Assembly (NCBI GenBank): GCA_028534125.1
Contig: CM052817.1
Location: 39,310,001 to 39,374,000, forward strand
Reading direction: 5' to 3'
Length of the DNA stretch: 64,000 nucleotides
Source of the DNA: Lama glama
Taxonomy: Eukaryota
Part shown: positions 25,525 to 37,700 of the stretch, in pieces
Layout of the letters: the number at the start of each line of letters is the position of its first letter
How positions within the stretch are numbered: the first letter of the stretch is position 1
Program-made: the position numbers and the translations under genes
Notes under the pieces: generated by a model
Told to the model about the DNA's origin: nothing
Databases searched by the model: none
What the model saw: only the letters and a program-made list of their open reading frames with translations

Positions 25525-26310
25525 TGTATGCATTTATATCTGCCTCTTCGAAAAAGGACTTTGAGGGACGTTATAACACGACAAATGTATAATAAGGTTG
25601 TTAAATTAGTAATAATTAGAATAAAATAGGAGGTAGAGAGCATGCTAACATCATGGTGCTGTTAGTCATCTGTAATTGACTATTAAAATTAGCCTTGCTG
25701 GCAGCAAAGGCTAAAAGGAAAATAACATTGCATTTTTTGTTTTAATACCTTTTATATTAAGGCATAACATAGATACAGTAAATGGCACTGATCTGAAGTG
25801 TTACAATTCCAGAGGATTCGACAAATGCACATTTTGACGGAACTCAACATCCCTATCAAGATAGAGAACGTAACCATCACCTCAAACAAGGTTCCTTTGC
25901 CCCTTTCCGGTCAATTCCTCACTGCTGCTCTGATTTCCTTCAACATGGATTTGTTTGTTCTAGAGCCTCATATAAATGGGATCTATATACTCTTATACAG
26001 ACTTCTTTTTACTTCTTTCTTTCAATGTAAAGTGTTGGAGATTAACCTATAGTGTTATGTTTATCAGTAGTTTGCTCCTTTATGTTCCTGAGTAGTATTC
26101 CACTGTGTGGATATCCCATATTTTTAGGGTCAATAGTTTCTTGATATCTGACTGGAAGCTCTGCTGGTCCTTAAGTAGAATTGTATAATGAGCCTTATAC
26201 TAACAGATATTTGGTATACAGACCATCAAGAAATATTATGAGTAATATCTTTAGTGATAGCAAATGCAGAAACGATCTTCAATTGGTTTTTTCTTGTATC
26301 AACCCTTAAT
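25525..26310 (-). mobile_element. L4 (RTE-X) LINE 3' fragment, split by an L1
   Basis: tttatatctgcctcttcgaaaaaggactttgagg resembles the antisense L4 tail. A similar tail starts at 58197. Confidence 0.55.
25735..26125 (-). mobile_element. L1ME/MB-type 3' end
   Basis: atcaagatagagaacgtaaccatcacctcaaa...ttctagagcctcatataaatgg...tgagtagtattccactgtgtggata. Confidence 0.85.
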
Positions 26311-27750
26311 AGCTGTTTATAACCCTGTGCTGATCAGCACCCACCCAGTTATCTGACCCTTCATCCGGATTTTAGAAAAATATAGGAGAGTTTAGGTCAA
26401 CATAAACCCAAAGGATCTATTAAAGGATCTGGGGCCCAGCAGACAGAGGTGGGGTTCAAACCTAGATTATAGGTAGGCATACAATAGACTTGTTACATTT
26501 GACTAATTAGTCTTATTGATCTACACAGTACTAGCTGGGCTGCATTTTTCATACGGCTTCAATTGTGCTTGCTTTTTAGAGTTTACTGTAAGGAACCCAG
26601 CAAATCTTTTGTTATAGGTGGAACCCCACACACTTAACTGCCAATTAAGTTCCAGCTGCATCCAGTCACGAATAGTGGACTACAGAGCTCTTTTAATGAG
26701 CGCTATTTGCCATCTAAGCTTCTTCTGCAACATTAGATCTCTCCTATTTTGTATATTATATATTAGATAATGTACATTATTTAGCCTTTAATATTAAATG
26801 TCTGATACATCTTCCAGTGAGGCTGAAACACTGTAAATCATGACACTCCTTTATTTTCTGCTGGTAGTCAAACAGAATACTAGAAATCAAGGTGGAAAAG
26901 GTGAAAGAATTGTAGACAGCAAAGATGTCACTCACTTTGTTTCAGGAAATTAAATTGAAGTTAATGTTGAAGTGTGTTTTTAGTGTGATTTTTGGTGTAT
27001 AGGTTTTACTTGAAGATGAATGCTTTTTATTTTATTTAGTATTTATATAATTACTTCTTAATAATAATCATTGACCTTAATTTATGATATGAATTTAATT
27101 ATAATGTGACCTCTCTGATTTTAATAATATTTACATCTATTTTCTTTCAATGAATTTTAATTAGTATTTTTTAATGCTTATTGCTTCATTAATATATACA
27201 TACAAATATATGATTCGTTTCCATAGCTAAATCTGACAGCATAGTCTTGTGTTCATAATTATAAATTTTTTGTATGATGCCATTCTTACACAGAATGATT
27301 AAAGAGATATGAAGCATTTCTCTATGACTTGTGTTATCATCTTCATCCACCTCTAGTTCCTTACCCCTAAGTTGTGGAAAGTCCCATCTCAGTTTCCTTT
27401 TAGTAGCCTTCGTACTTCCTTTTCTATGTATCTCTGCCAATTTTTCTACAGTTGAATCAAGACTTTTGAAAATCAGTATAATACTCTTTATCGCTGATAG
27501 AATTAAAGACAGATAAAGTCGTTTGCACTTTTTAGCATCTAATACCATGATGCTAAATATTTGCTTGATTAAGTGAATTGTACAGAAGGTGTGCCCCACC
27601 CCTACTTACATTCTGATACCACGAGAAAAAGGTGGTAATAATTAGACCATTATTTGGAATGTTTAAATCAAATTGTCACTCTTTCCCTATGACTTGCAAG
27701 GCATCATTCAAATTTTATTAATTCAAAAATAGTTATGGCCACCCACTACT

Positions 27751-28105
27751 AGGCATGTCGCAGTGTGGTGTTAAGAGCTCATGCTTTGGAATCAAACAGC
27801 GCTGAACTTAAGTCCTGCTCTGTCTCTCACTAGCTGTATGGCTATTGGCAACTTTTACCCATTATAAGCCTCAGTTTCCTTTTCTGTAAAGTGATAATAT
27901 TTTAATTTTAATATGTTTATTTGTTCATTTGTTTGTCTGTTTCTTTAGATAACATGAGGCAATATTGATGAGATTCAGGTGTCAAGAGCAATATCCTGGC
28001 TCTATTAGTACATACATGTATAATCTGGAACAAATGGTTCACCTCTTTAGGATTTGCTTTTTTCTTCAGGAAATGGAGGAGTAGGGATAGATTAAATGAT
28101 TTCTA
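27751..28105 (+). mobile_element. Two MIR SINEs
   Basis: gttaagagctcatgctttggaatcaaacag...agcctcagtttccttttctgtaaagtg. A second, more decayed copy starts at ~27950. Confidence 0.75.
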
Positions 28106-28225
28106 GATGGTTCTCAAATTGTGTATCTGCATCAACTTTGTACAAATAACAACAGATTACTAAAATGTATAAAACTTAGTGAATTAGAACCTTCTGAAGG
28201 TGAGACCTGAGAATTTGTTTATGTA
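28105..28225. mobile_element. MER5-type fragment
   Basis: atggttctcaaa...gaattagaaccttctgaaggtgagacctgagaatttg. Confidence 0.6.
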
Positions 28226-28324
28226 ATATTACTATTTATATTGCATATATTATACTAAATATGCATACATAATATATGTTTTTGTGTGTGTATAAATATA
28301 TGCTTTTTATTTTTCCCCAGGGGT

Positions 28325-29730
28325 ATGACTTGAAATTTTTATAAAAATGTGAAACCACCTCAAACTTATAGAAAAGTTCCAAGTCCAGTATACAGTATAT
28401 GTGAAATTTTGTTATCTGACCTGTTTGGGAGTAAGTTCCTGCCTGATGCGATACTGCATCATTGCTCCTAAATATTTAGTGCATATTTCTTATAAATGAG
28501 GACATTTCACCACATAACCACAAAGCAGGCATAAAAATGAGAAAATTACCACTGATGTATCAATACTGTCTAATACTCAGACCCCATTCAAGTTTCACCA
28601 ACTGTCCCAATAATGTCCTTTACAGTTTATCACTTAGTTGTCATATCTCTTTCATGTGCTTCAATCTGGAAGAGTTCTCTATTCTTTCCTTGACTTCCCT
28701 GACTTTAACACTTGCTGATTACCGGCAAGTTATTTTGTAAAATGCCCCTCCATTTGGGTTTGTCTGAGAGTCCTTCATGATCAGAAAGGATTTATGTTGC
28801 TGAATATCCTTTCATGTGCTTACTTGCCATCTGTATATCTTTTCTGGTAAAGTGTCTCTTCAAATCTTTTACTCATTTTTTTTAATGGGTCGTCTTGTCT
28901 TATTATGAGTTGTGCTATTTATATATTTTGCATAGAAGTACTTCGTTGAATATGTGATTTGCAAAAAAGATTTTCTCCCAAGCTGTGGCTCACCTTTTAT
29001 TTTCCCAGAAAGGTTTTTAGAAGAGCATAAAATGGTTTTAATACATTAAAAAAAATCTTTGGATGGAAAGATACAGTGTGAGATATCATGATAGTGAATA
29101 GGGCATTTAGTAAGTTTGTGGATGATGGTACTGATAGAAGCATTGTAGGCACAGAAAGCAAATCCATATCCAGAAAACATATCTATTCCAGTGAGGACTG
29201 CCTCTTCCATGAAGAAAGGGATCTACTATAATCAACCTGCCTTGGCTGGTCCCCTCAGGTACAGTACATATGGTTCATTATTGGTCTGTGCTGTTGGGGA
29301 ATTATCCTTAGGAAGTATAGAATAGCCAGTTCTGCTCTGGTGAGAGAAAATCTGTTTTGTTGAGCCCCTGCATATTTTCCAGCATTTCCCTCATAGCTAC
29401 TGTATTAATGCACCCTTTCAGCAAGCCCTGGGTGGTTTGATAAACAGGTTGACATTTTCAGAACTAGGTCATCTTGTCTGCCTCCTTATTGAGACTCGTC
29501 AATGCCTTACTTTTAACTTAATCTCATTTTTATTATGATGAAGTACAGTTTTTCTTATGCTTTTTGTGTCATGTTTAAGAAATCTTTGCTAACTCTAATG
29601 TCACGGAGATTTCCTCTTAGGTTTTCTTCTAAAACTTTTACATTTGGGCATATGTTCCATCTTGAGTTAATTTGTTATATACGGTGTGAGGTGAGGGTCA
29701 AGATTCTTTTCTGTAATTTTTCATATAGTT
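28325..29730 (-). mobile_element. L1MC-type 3' end and ORF2 fragments, split by an ERVL internal fragment
   Basis: caaacttatagaaaagttccaag, ttcaccaactgtcccaataatgtcc, gtgcttacttgccatctgtatatctt and tgtcatgtttaagaaatctttgc. Confidence 0.85.
29062..29500 (-). mobile_element. ERVL (class III) internal fragment, integrase region
   Basis: Minus strand 29154-29198 translates to VLTGIDMFSGYGFAF (ERVL VLTGIDTYSGYGFAY). It is preceded by QVDY and followed by a LTKC.IH.H-like segment. Confidence 0.85.
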
Positions 29731-31499
29731 ACTTACATGCATTTGACTTTTAACATAAAGCAGCAGCTTTAAAAGTGTCTTGGGTGGGAATAAAGGTATA
29801 GACAATGATATTTGGGCCTTTTGGCTCATGTTTGGGGGTGGTACAGAGCAGCTGGATATCCAGAACCAGCCATCACCATATTATGACTGATTCGTGCTGA
29901 TGTCTAATTCCTATAGAACAGGCCTCCAGATCATAAAGACAAGATCCCCAGGAAATTCCAGCACACACATAGACAACTTCAGCCACAGGTCAAGGGCAGG
30001 CTGCTGTCTTCCTACTTGCCTCCATTAGATTGCCCAGCTTTCCGAAGAGGCCACTTACCCAAATAAAAATTCACTAATATCAGAGCCTATGTGCCTCTTT
30101 ACCAAAAGGATACAAAGACAGAAGCCACAAGTCACAGAAGGAGGTGAGGGGGGCACATCGTTGCTCTCTCACAAGGCTTCATGTTCACTTTCCTCATTCA
30201 TAAGGCCTGCCCCAGAAAGCTGCAGAGATGTGTGAATTCTAGAAGGCTATGTCAAACATTCTATATCACTTCTCAGTTTTCTAGTTTCAGTGTTTATCAG
30301 TATTTCTACGTGGCCGTAACTAACTACAGAAAATACAGTGTTCAAAAAAACTCCACCTATAAATCCAGTATATCTTGGGGGTAACTATGTTATTAAAGTA
30401 GGTTTCACTCAAAAGGAATTCCCAGAGGAGCTACGTTGCACTGAATTTCCATGGATCATTTAAAATATGATTTCATGTCTATTTATTCACATATACATAA
30501 TTTCCCAAGAATGTAAATTGCACTGTGTGGGTTTGTATATGCACATATACCCCATTCTCATAGGCACACCTCAGTTTTGAAATTTCTAAGGAGGGAAAAA
30601 AAATATATGCCAGACAAGTGGATTTATTTCATTTAACTACTGGTGTTGCTTTTACAGGACAAAGTAAAATGTTAATTTTTTGAAGACATATTAAGCAGAA
30701 CAAAGACCAAAGCAGTTGAAATAGATACATTCAAATATACACATTTTGCAGTCCACTCACTTATCTCACTACCAGAATAATTTGGTATTTGCTCTGGGAG
30801 CACACTTTGGACTCTTGACCCCAGACATAAACTTACTTATGCATTTTAAAAACTACTATCACAAAACATACAAACATTCTTGGTAAATATTCATACTGCT
30901 TGATTTAAAATATTTTCCATTTTTATTGAGCCTGCCACAGTTTTGCTTCATTGTTAGCCTTTGTGGCAGAAGGTTGTGAAAGCAGCAATTCCACGTAATT
31001 GATCCCTCTACTGGGGTGTTCCTGAGTGGATTGGTAAAATGGGGTGTTGAGTAGAAGACTCCCCATCTGAATTACATTATCGTCCCAGAGAACAAATAGA
31101 TCTGACAGGGTGTTTTGAGTCAACAGGGAGACTTTTGAGGGCATCCTGCATTGCCTGCACATAGAATTTCTTAGTTTTCTCAAAGTATGCGAATGAGTGC
31201 CACTCCTGCTGTTAAAATAAATTTGGAAGTTGCTCTCTCTGCTATTCACAGCAACCATGGTCACTCAAAAGGAAGATGAGAAAGAGCAAATGAATAAAAA
31301 CAAAAATTCCCTAACGTAGAAAGACCACGATCAAACAGAGAGTAATATTTTTCTTTCCAGTCATTTGGAATAATCTAACATTTCTTACTCCTGGCTCTAC
31401 CACTCGGTAGATCATCCAGAACTCTCTGAGATGAAATCCACTGTCATACTTTCCACTGTAGCCAGGTCTCCATATAAGCACATTGTTTTGCATTTAAAT

Positions 31500-32690
31500 A
31501 TATATTGCTTTTAAATTTTAAATGGTGTTATGAGTGAGAACCCTTGGCAGCAAAGAAATTAGATTGGGAAGTCAAGTGAGAAAACAAGAGCAGGCAAATG
31601 TATTAAAATGGGGCTTTTCATTTGTTGTGTCTCAAATACCCACCTGGAATCCAGAATGAATCCACAGATGCCTGGGACCCGGTTCGATATTTTCCTGAAT
31701 GTTAACGTCTTCCAAGATGGCAAGCTGGCAATACTTTCAAAAGATACTGTTTAGGAACAAAGGAAAACAAATATGGATTCATCAAAAGAAAAACTGAAAA
31801 TCTCTCCATCTAGATAATATCCCAGCATTAGACCCAGAGAAGGAAAATGAAAACGTAGATCGTAAGTTCTCTGTCATACCAAGTTCCTTCTCATAAAACT
31901 AAGAACTAGAGAACTCCTCATCTCCGTTTATAAAAGCAGGAGATCGGTTCATCTTGTCATCATGAGATATGCATCAAGGTAAACGGCATGTATGTAGGCA
32001 TACCTTACTACACGTAAAGCTAAATGCTATCCTAGATAACGTACATGCTTTGGAAAGTGGAAGACGAATGTGTGTGCTATGTATCCTTTTGGTTTATATA
32101 CGTGTGGGTGTGTTTCCATACATTGTCCTTGGAAAATGATATCCACTAAAAAAGATCAAAGAAAAGAAAGCAAAGTAATAGACAGACTTAAGAATATAAC
32201 AGATGGGGAAAATGTGAGGGAAGTGAATATATTTTGCCAAAGAAATGATACTGAGCGGCTCAGGAAATGAAAACATTACATAAATACTTATATCCTGAGC
32301 ACAAACACAGGGTCAAATCAGGCCCTGAAAGACTCAACAGCTCCCATTGAAGTCAAAAGTCTGCCCTGAGGGTCGTGCACATGCCTTTAAAGACACAACT
32401 CAGCCTTAAACTGCTTAAAGGTGAGAAAGAAGTATTTATTTTGGATAGAAATGGCCAAGCAACTGAGCTTAAGAGGAGGAAAACTCACTTTTGAAGTAAA
32501 AGAGAACCTTTTTCACCATGAGGAAAAACAGACGCTGAAACAGCTTGTCTGATGAGGTAATCACAGTAAACAGTAGGCGTGCTTAATTTAAGATTAATTA
32601 GGTTGGTAGAAATTCTATGTTGATTTAGTCAGGGTCTAAATGCAAACACCCAAAGATCCTTCTCCATCAGACTACCTCCAGTGTGATAAT
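31500..32690 (+). mobile_element. Very old CR1/L3 LINE relic (RT to C-terminus)
   Basis: Collinear motifs: PQ..LGP..FDIFLN (31662-31700), FQDGKL (31710-27), KSLHLD (31798-815), KA/NAIL (32016-34), QRKESKVIDRLKNITDGENVREVNIF (ORF 32070) and KRTFFTMRKNRR*NSLSDEVI (32500-62). Confidence 0.75.
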
Positions 32691-34369
32691 ATTGACCATT
32701 ATTATATTATACCAATCTTGAAACATGTCTCACTCTGCTCGTTCTGGATAAACTTTTTTTTTGGCACTTAGAGTATATTTACATGGTTGTGGACTTGAAA
32801 AAGCATAGAGATAAAATAAATTTAAAATGTGTTTCTTTGTGGATGAATCTCAAAACTAATGGACAAGCTGGTCCCTTCAACATAAGAATTCAATCCAGTG
32901 TGAGAACCTCCTTTGACTGGAAGAGGAAGCTTCCCTTCTGAAAACCAGAAGTGTACTAAGCAGATTGATGGTCTGTCTGTGTTATTGTTATTGGCTCCAG
33001 ACCCGTGGGAGGGGGAAGGAATTTCAGATCAACCTAAGCTCTAAAAGCTAGTTTCCATTTGAGTACCTGGAAAGTAGTCAACGATCATCTCCATTTTACA
33101 TTTCCTGTAGTTTATGAGATAAGAAAATTCCCTGACAGTCTTAGCAGACCTGCTGACTAAAGATCCAAAGAAGGTTTGCCCCCACTGATCAGAGGCGAAA
33201 CATACTGTTGAATTCATTGACATTTTCATCTTACGCATTTAGCATGCAATATCCTCTCCAAATAGATATAATCTATCGTTTTTACAATGTGTAATGATAG
33301 GCAGCATATTTTTTTCCTAATGCAAGGGAACGTAAAAAATAACTGTGCCAAGAATGAATTATTTGAATTTAACACACAAGCTGCAGCTGGTCACTAAAAC
33401 CCATTTGTGACTTGTCAAAGGAATGTGTGGAATCACAGAATCATTTTCCCTGTTGTAGCTGCCTATTCGTGTGTGCAGAAATTGAACATTTCTGATTGGA
33501 TTTATGAAGGAGAAAGACTTCACCAAGAAACTCCTTTTAGCACTCAAAATACAAAATAACAAATTTGAAAACCGTAATACTTGCATTTGGGCGTCACTTC
33601 TTCACACTTCAAACTGCTTCTGCAAGTTTCAAACTGCTTCTACAGCAACATTAGCCTTATTTACAAGATGAGGATCCTGGTGTGCAGCAAACAACTCCCT
33701 CAGGACGGTTAGGCAGTCTGATACAGACCTCGGAAAATCAAGACACCAGCTTCCGTTTCTCCTGAAATGCAATGAGCACAATGTTTACAGACCCCGAATT
33801 TCTGTTTGAAGACTCATATACTGCACGCCCGCCAGCCAGCCAGCCACCAACCCAGCCCAGACCTAATGGCCATTCATTTCAGCTGCGATCATCTAGCCAG
33901 CCTTCGAGCCTAATGAGGCCCCTTGTCAACTTTTCTCCACTCCTGCCATGTTTGCTTATGCTTTATCCTGGGGCTGCTAGAGGTCATGACATTATGCATA
34001 TTGGCTTCACTAGGCATTCACGTTGTCTGACGTTGGCTGTTACTCAACAATATTTTTATCTCTTATTAACTGCTGATGGGACTTGGAACAACTGAGTCAG
34101 CATCATCACAGGTTGGACCCACGTGATTCTGCTGTACAGCCAGGCTGGGGACAAACGTCTCAGTTCCCCTTGTCAGCCATTCCAAGCCTGATCTACTTTC
34201 CTCACAATCCCAGTCCCACTCAGGGCTTCCCACATCCAGGATTGTGTTTTACCCCCATTAGAAATTCAAGTATTATCACATGGGTAAACAGAAGGATGAT
34301 GGATGAATTGATAGTAAGAGTCTGGTAAATTTTATCACTAAACACATGTTCAGTTATTGATTACTTTTA

Positions 34370-34730
34370 CAAGCAGCCACAGATTCGCAGCTCACAGGTA
34401 TATTATGTTTGGCTTTCGAAATATTGACCCAAATGATATTTTTTTTACATGTTTGAATTAATTGGCAACATTTGAACATTGGGAGATTTCATATAAAATT
34501 TGCATTTCCAGCTTTTCTTTAGGAAAAAGCATGAAAATTTAGTACTACTGAATTTACGTACCAGCGTAACTATCATTAGCTGAAGCAGGGTAGGTGGTTC
34601 TGTTCAGCCAGGGTACACACACCCTTTGCTTTGCCATAGTCCTCTCTTTTCCCTATTGCCTCTTAAATATTGAGGCTGAGTGTCATTCATTATTCATCAC
34701 CAAGCTTGTGCTTCTGTTTTTCTTTTAATT
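34370..34730. mobile_element. hAT-Charlie-type DNA transposon relic
   Basis: gggagatttcatataaaatttgcatttccagcttttctt...gaggctgagtgtca...ttattcatcacc resembles old Charlie-class consensus. Subfamily uncertain. Confidence 0.6.
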
Positions 34731-37382
34731 AGTAACTTCACTTTTTAATTATCTGCATGATTCAGAATAGGATTTGATTTTGATCTGATGGGTATATTTT
34801 TGGAATAAAGTGTTTAGATGGAAGACTTTTATTCTAGTCTTAGCTTGACACCAACTTTGTAATCAGCTTAGTGCTCTGATTTTTCTTGTCCAACTTATTC
34901 ATCTTTAAAAGGAAGAGGTTAGATTATATCAATGGTTTTCAAACTTAAGGCTCAACCTCTTTGGTACCGTAAAACTAATAACAGGCACCCAGAGACTATT
35001 GCAGTGATCCTCAAAACCTAGTGGAAATGCCACATTCCTAGGATGGCTTTTTATAGCAACTCAGAATTGTACCAGTTCCATATGGCTATTATCAATAAAA
35101 ACAGGGACAAAAACAGCTTTTTAACAAATGTGGTTTTCCGGGTTATTTTTTGAAACATAGAACCCACAGAAGCCTTTGGTAGAGAAGTGTTTAGAACCAT
35201 CTTTAACATTTATTCGTAATGGAATAAATTCTGGGTAAGCGTTGTTACCCTCTTCATTCTCATGCCTATATGGGGCAAATCGAAATAGTATTTAATTTTT
35301 CTCCTTCCTCACTGTTCGCCTCTCTAACATTTTTGCTCTTAATTTTTTTCTCTACTGGTTAGTTCATAAGCAATTAGCATCTTCTCCTGTGCAAAGCATG
35401 AGAAATCAAATGAGATCTTTCATCTGGAGGCTCTTGAACACTGCCAAGCTTAGTGAATGGAAGGTAGAATTATTACTACTATTTGTAGCCATCTCAGCAC
35501 GGAGGGAGGGGATAAGTATGGCAAATCTTTTTACTCTGAATGGTCATCTAGGCCTTATGTCACTGTAACTCTGATGTTCCAAGAAAAACTCTTGGGAGTG
35601 AATATCTGTAAGAATCCGCCAGGCAGCTCTTTCCAGTCTCCATAGAGAGAATCTGTCAGAGCTGGCTGATGTGCACACACCAATATGGAAGGTGGGGCGG
35701 GAGAGAGAGCTTTAGTGTAACTGAAGTATCTCCTGACTGAAGTTAAGCTGAATTCAACACACTGTTTTGGAAAAAAGGAGGAAGTGGCTGGGGGGCAGAT
35801 TCAACACTCCCTTTCCACCACCTGTCTCCCATAACTCCTACACCAGGGCTGGTAGCGTAAGGGTGAGGAGGGAGGCATGCGTTGTTCACCGCGAGACCCC
35901 GTGGTATTCTGCATCATATAGGGCAGGAACTGCCTTTCTCTCCAGTTCTCAGGGCCGTTCTCTGCATAACATCTGATGACTACATAACCTTCTGATACTG
36001 CCCCTTCCTGATACTGGCTGGGTTTCTTGCCAGAGAGTCTGTTGGACTTACTTCAGATTGATGTCATGCACTAATTAAGGAAACATTCCCTGAGTCTGAA
36101 CCTTGAGGCAAAAGCAGACACAACTCTTGCTAGACCTTCCAGTGCAGCCAAGTGAAAACTGAAGCCCCCAGAATGGAACTTGCTGGGGAAGTGCATGACG
36201 GAGACTCTCCAAGAGGCTCCGTGGTGGGGCAGGCCAGCCCTGGAAGTGTGTCAAGTGCGAAAGTTACTTCCCTGATAGTCACCACTGGCAACGCTGAAGA
36301 CAAAAGTGTCTCTGGCTCATCAGTCGATTCCGTTTCTGACACTGAACAAATCTTCCTACGGGTTGTTAAGGATCCGGCTGATTTTTTATGAAAGCTAGAA
36401 TAGAACGTGAAGTGAGTAAAAGCATAGATTTTTAAGCCAGTCCACAGACTCCTATTGAGAAAAAGGCCCAAAACAAACTCTATGTGAGATGTGACCAGAG
36501 CTTGTTTCTTCATGCAGTTTGCTCTGGAAGACAGAAATAGCTTTGGGGAATCTCATGAAATTTGTTTGTAAGCACAATTTTCATTTACTGTGTTGTAAAT
36601 GTGAATCCCCCACATCTGGAAATACTGCGTGCTGGATTTAACTCTGCTAATATTTGGGTGTGTGATCTTTTGCAGAGCATATTATATTTTGCCCACCAGA
36701 TTTTATTTTATTACTCATTGGAAGCAGTGACCCTGTGTGCTGTGCTGAGATGGATTCTGAAGCTGTAACCAAGGCCGCGTGAACGACTATAGCATCTATT
36801 AGCAATGCCTGTGGGTGAGCGTGTGTGTGCGCACGTGTGTGTGATGGAAATATTGGCACATATGTTCCATCTTTTGACTAAATGGTCTAAAATTTCTTTT
36901 AATTCAAAATTTTGACTTTTTTTAAACTTGCTGTATCCCCTATGTACAGTATAGGAGACTATTTAGAAATATCATTTGAAAAATGGATGTTAATTACCTG
37001 CCAAAAGCAAATGCTCCAGAAAGATAAAAAGAACAAAAAGCAGGGCACGAAAACAGTTTTATTGGGAAAACTATACCAAACACATGTCTTTTATGATGCC
37101 TCGTTTTCCGGCCCTGAAAAATCAAGAGATGAGCAGAACATTTCCACCTGGAGAAAAGAAAACACAGTTACCGTCAAGAATACAGTTACCGTTTTCAATC
37201 AATAGTGCATCATTGCTAGCTGAGCACACACTCTCACTGAAAAGGAATTCGTGAAAAATGTTATTCTGACAGTTTATTGATAAACACGCAATATGGCTAG
37301 GACGGCAAATTCTGGGAAGATAGTGATAAAAATAGCTAATATGTTTAACCACTTTACAAAATGCTGAACACTTTACACAATG

Positions 37383-37700
37383 ATGATGATGACAGTTCAC
37401 ATTTATTGAGCATTTACCACATGCCTGGCTCAGTTCCTAAAGCATTTCATGTATAACTCATTTCATAACTTTCAATGAGTTTAATTTAATACCTTTAATG
37501 AACAAATGCATTATCTCATTTAATTATTATGACAATCATTGGAAATATGCATTATTTTTTATCATAATTTTAGAGATAGGGAAGTGAAGAAACAAGAGGT
37601 CAGTTGGGTGCCTAACTGGGCACCCAGTTGGGTCACATGAAGGTAGATGATGTTGGCACTTGAACCCGGACAGTCTCGTCCAGACCCCAGGGTCCAAATC
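37383..37700 (-). mobile_element. MIR SINE
   Basis: catttattgagcatttaccacatgcctggc...ttttagagatagggaagtgaag...ggtcacat...cttgaacccggacagtct. Confidence 0.8.

Noticed and set aside
27189..27599. 136-aa ORF, or a hAT transposase remnant (VESRLLKI)
   Set aside because: Similarity is too weak. The AT-rich region is probably a decayed repeat that I cannot assign.
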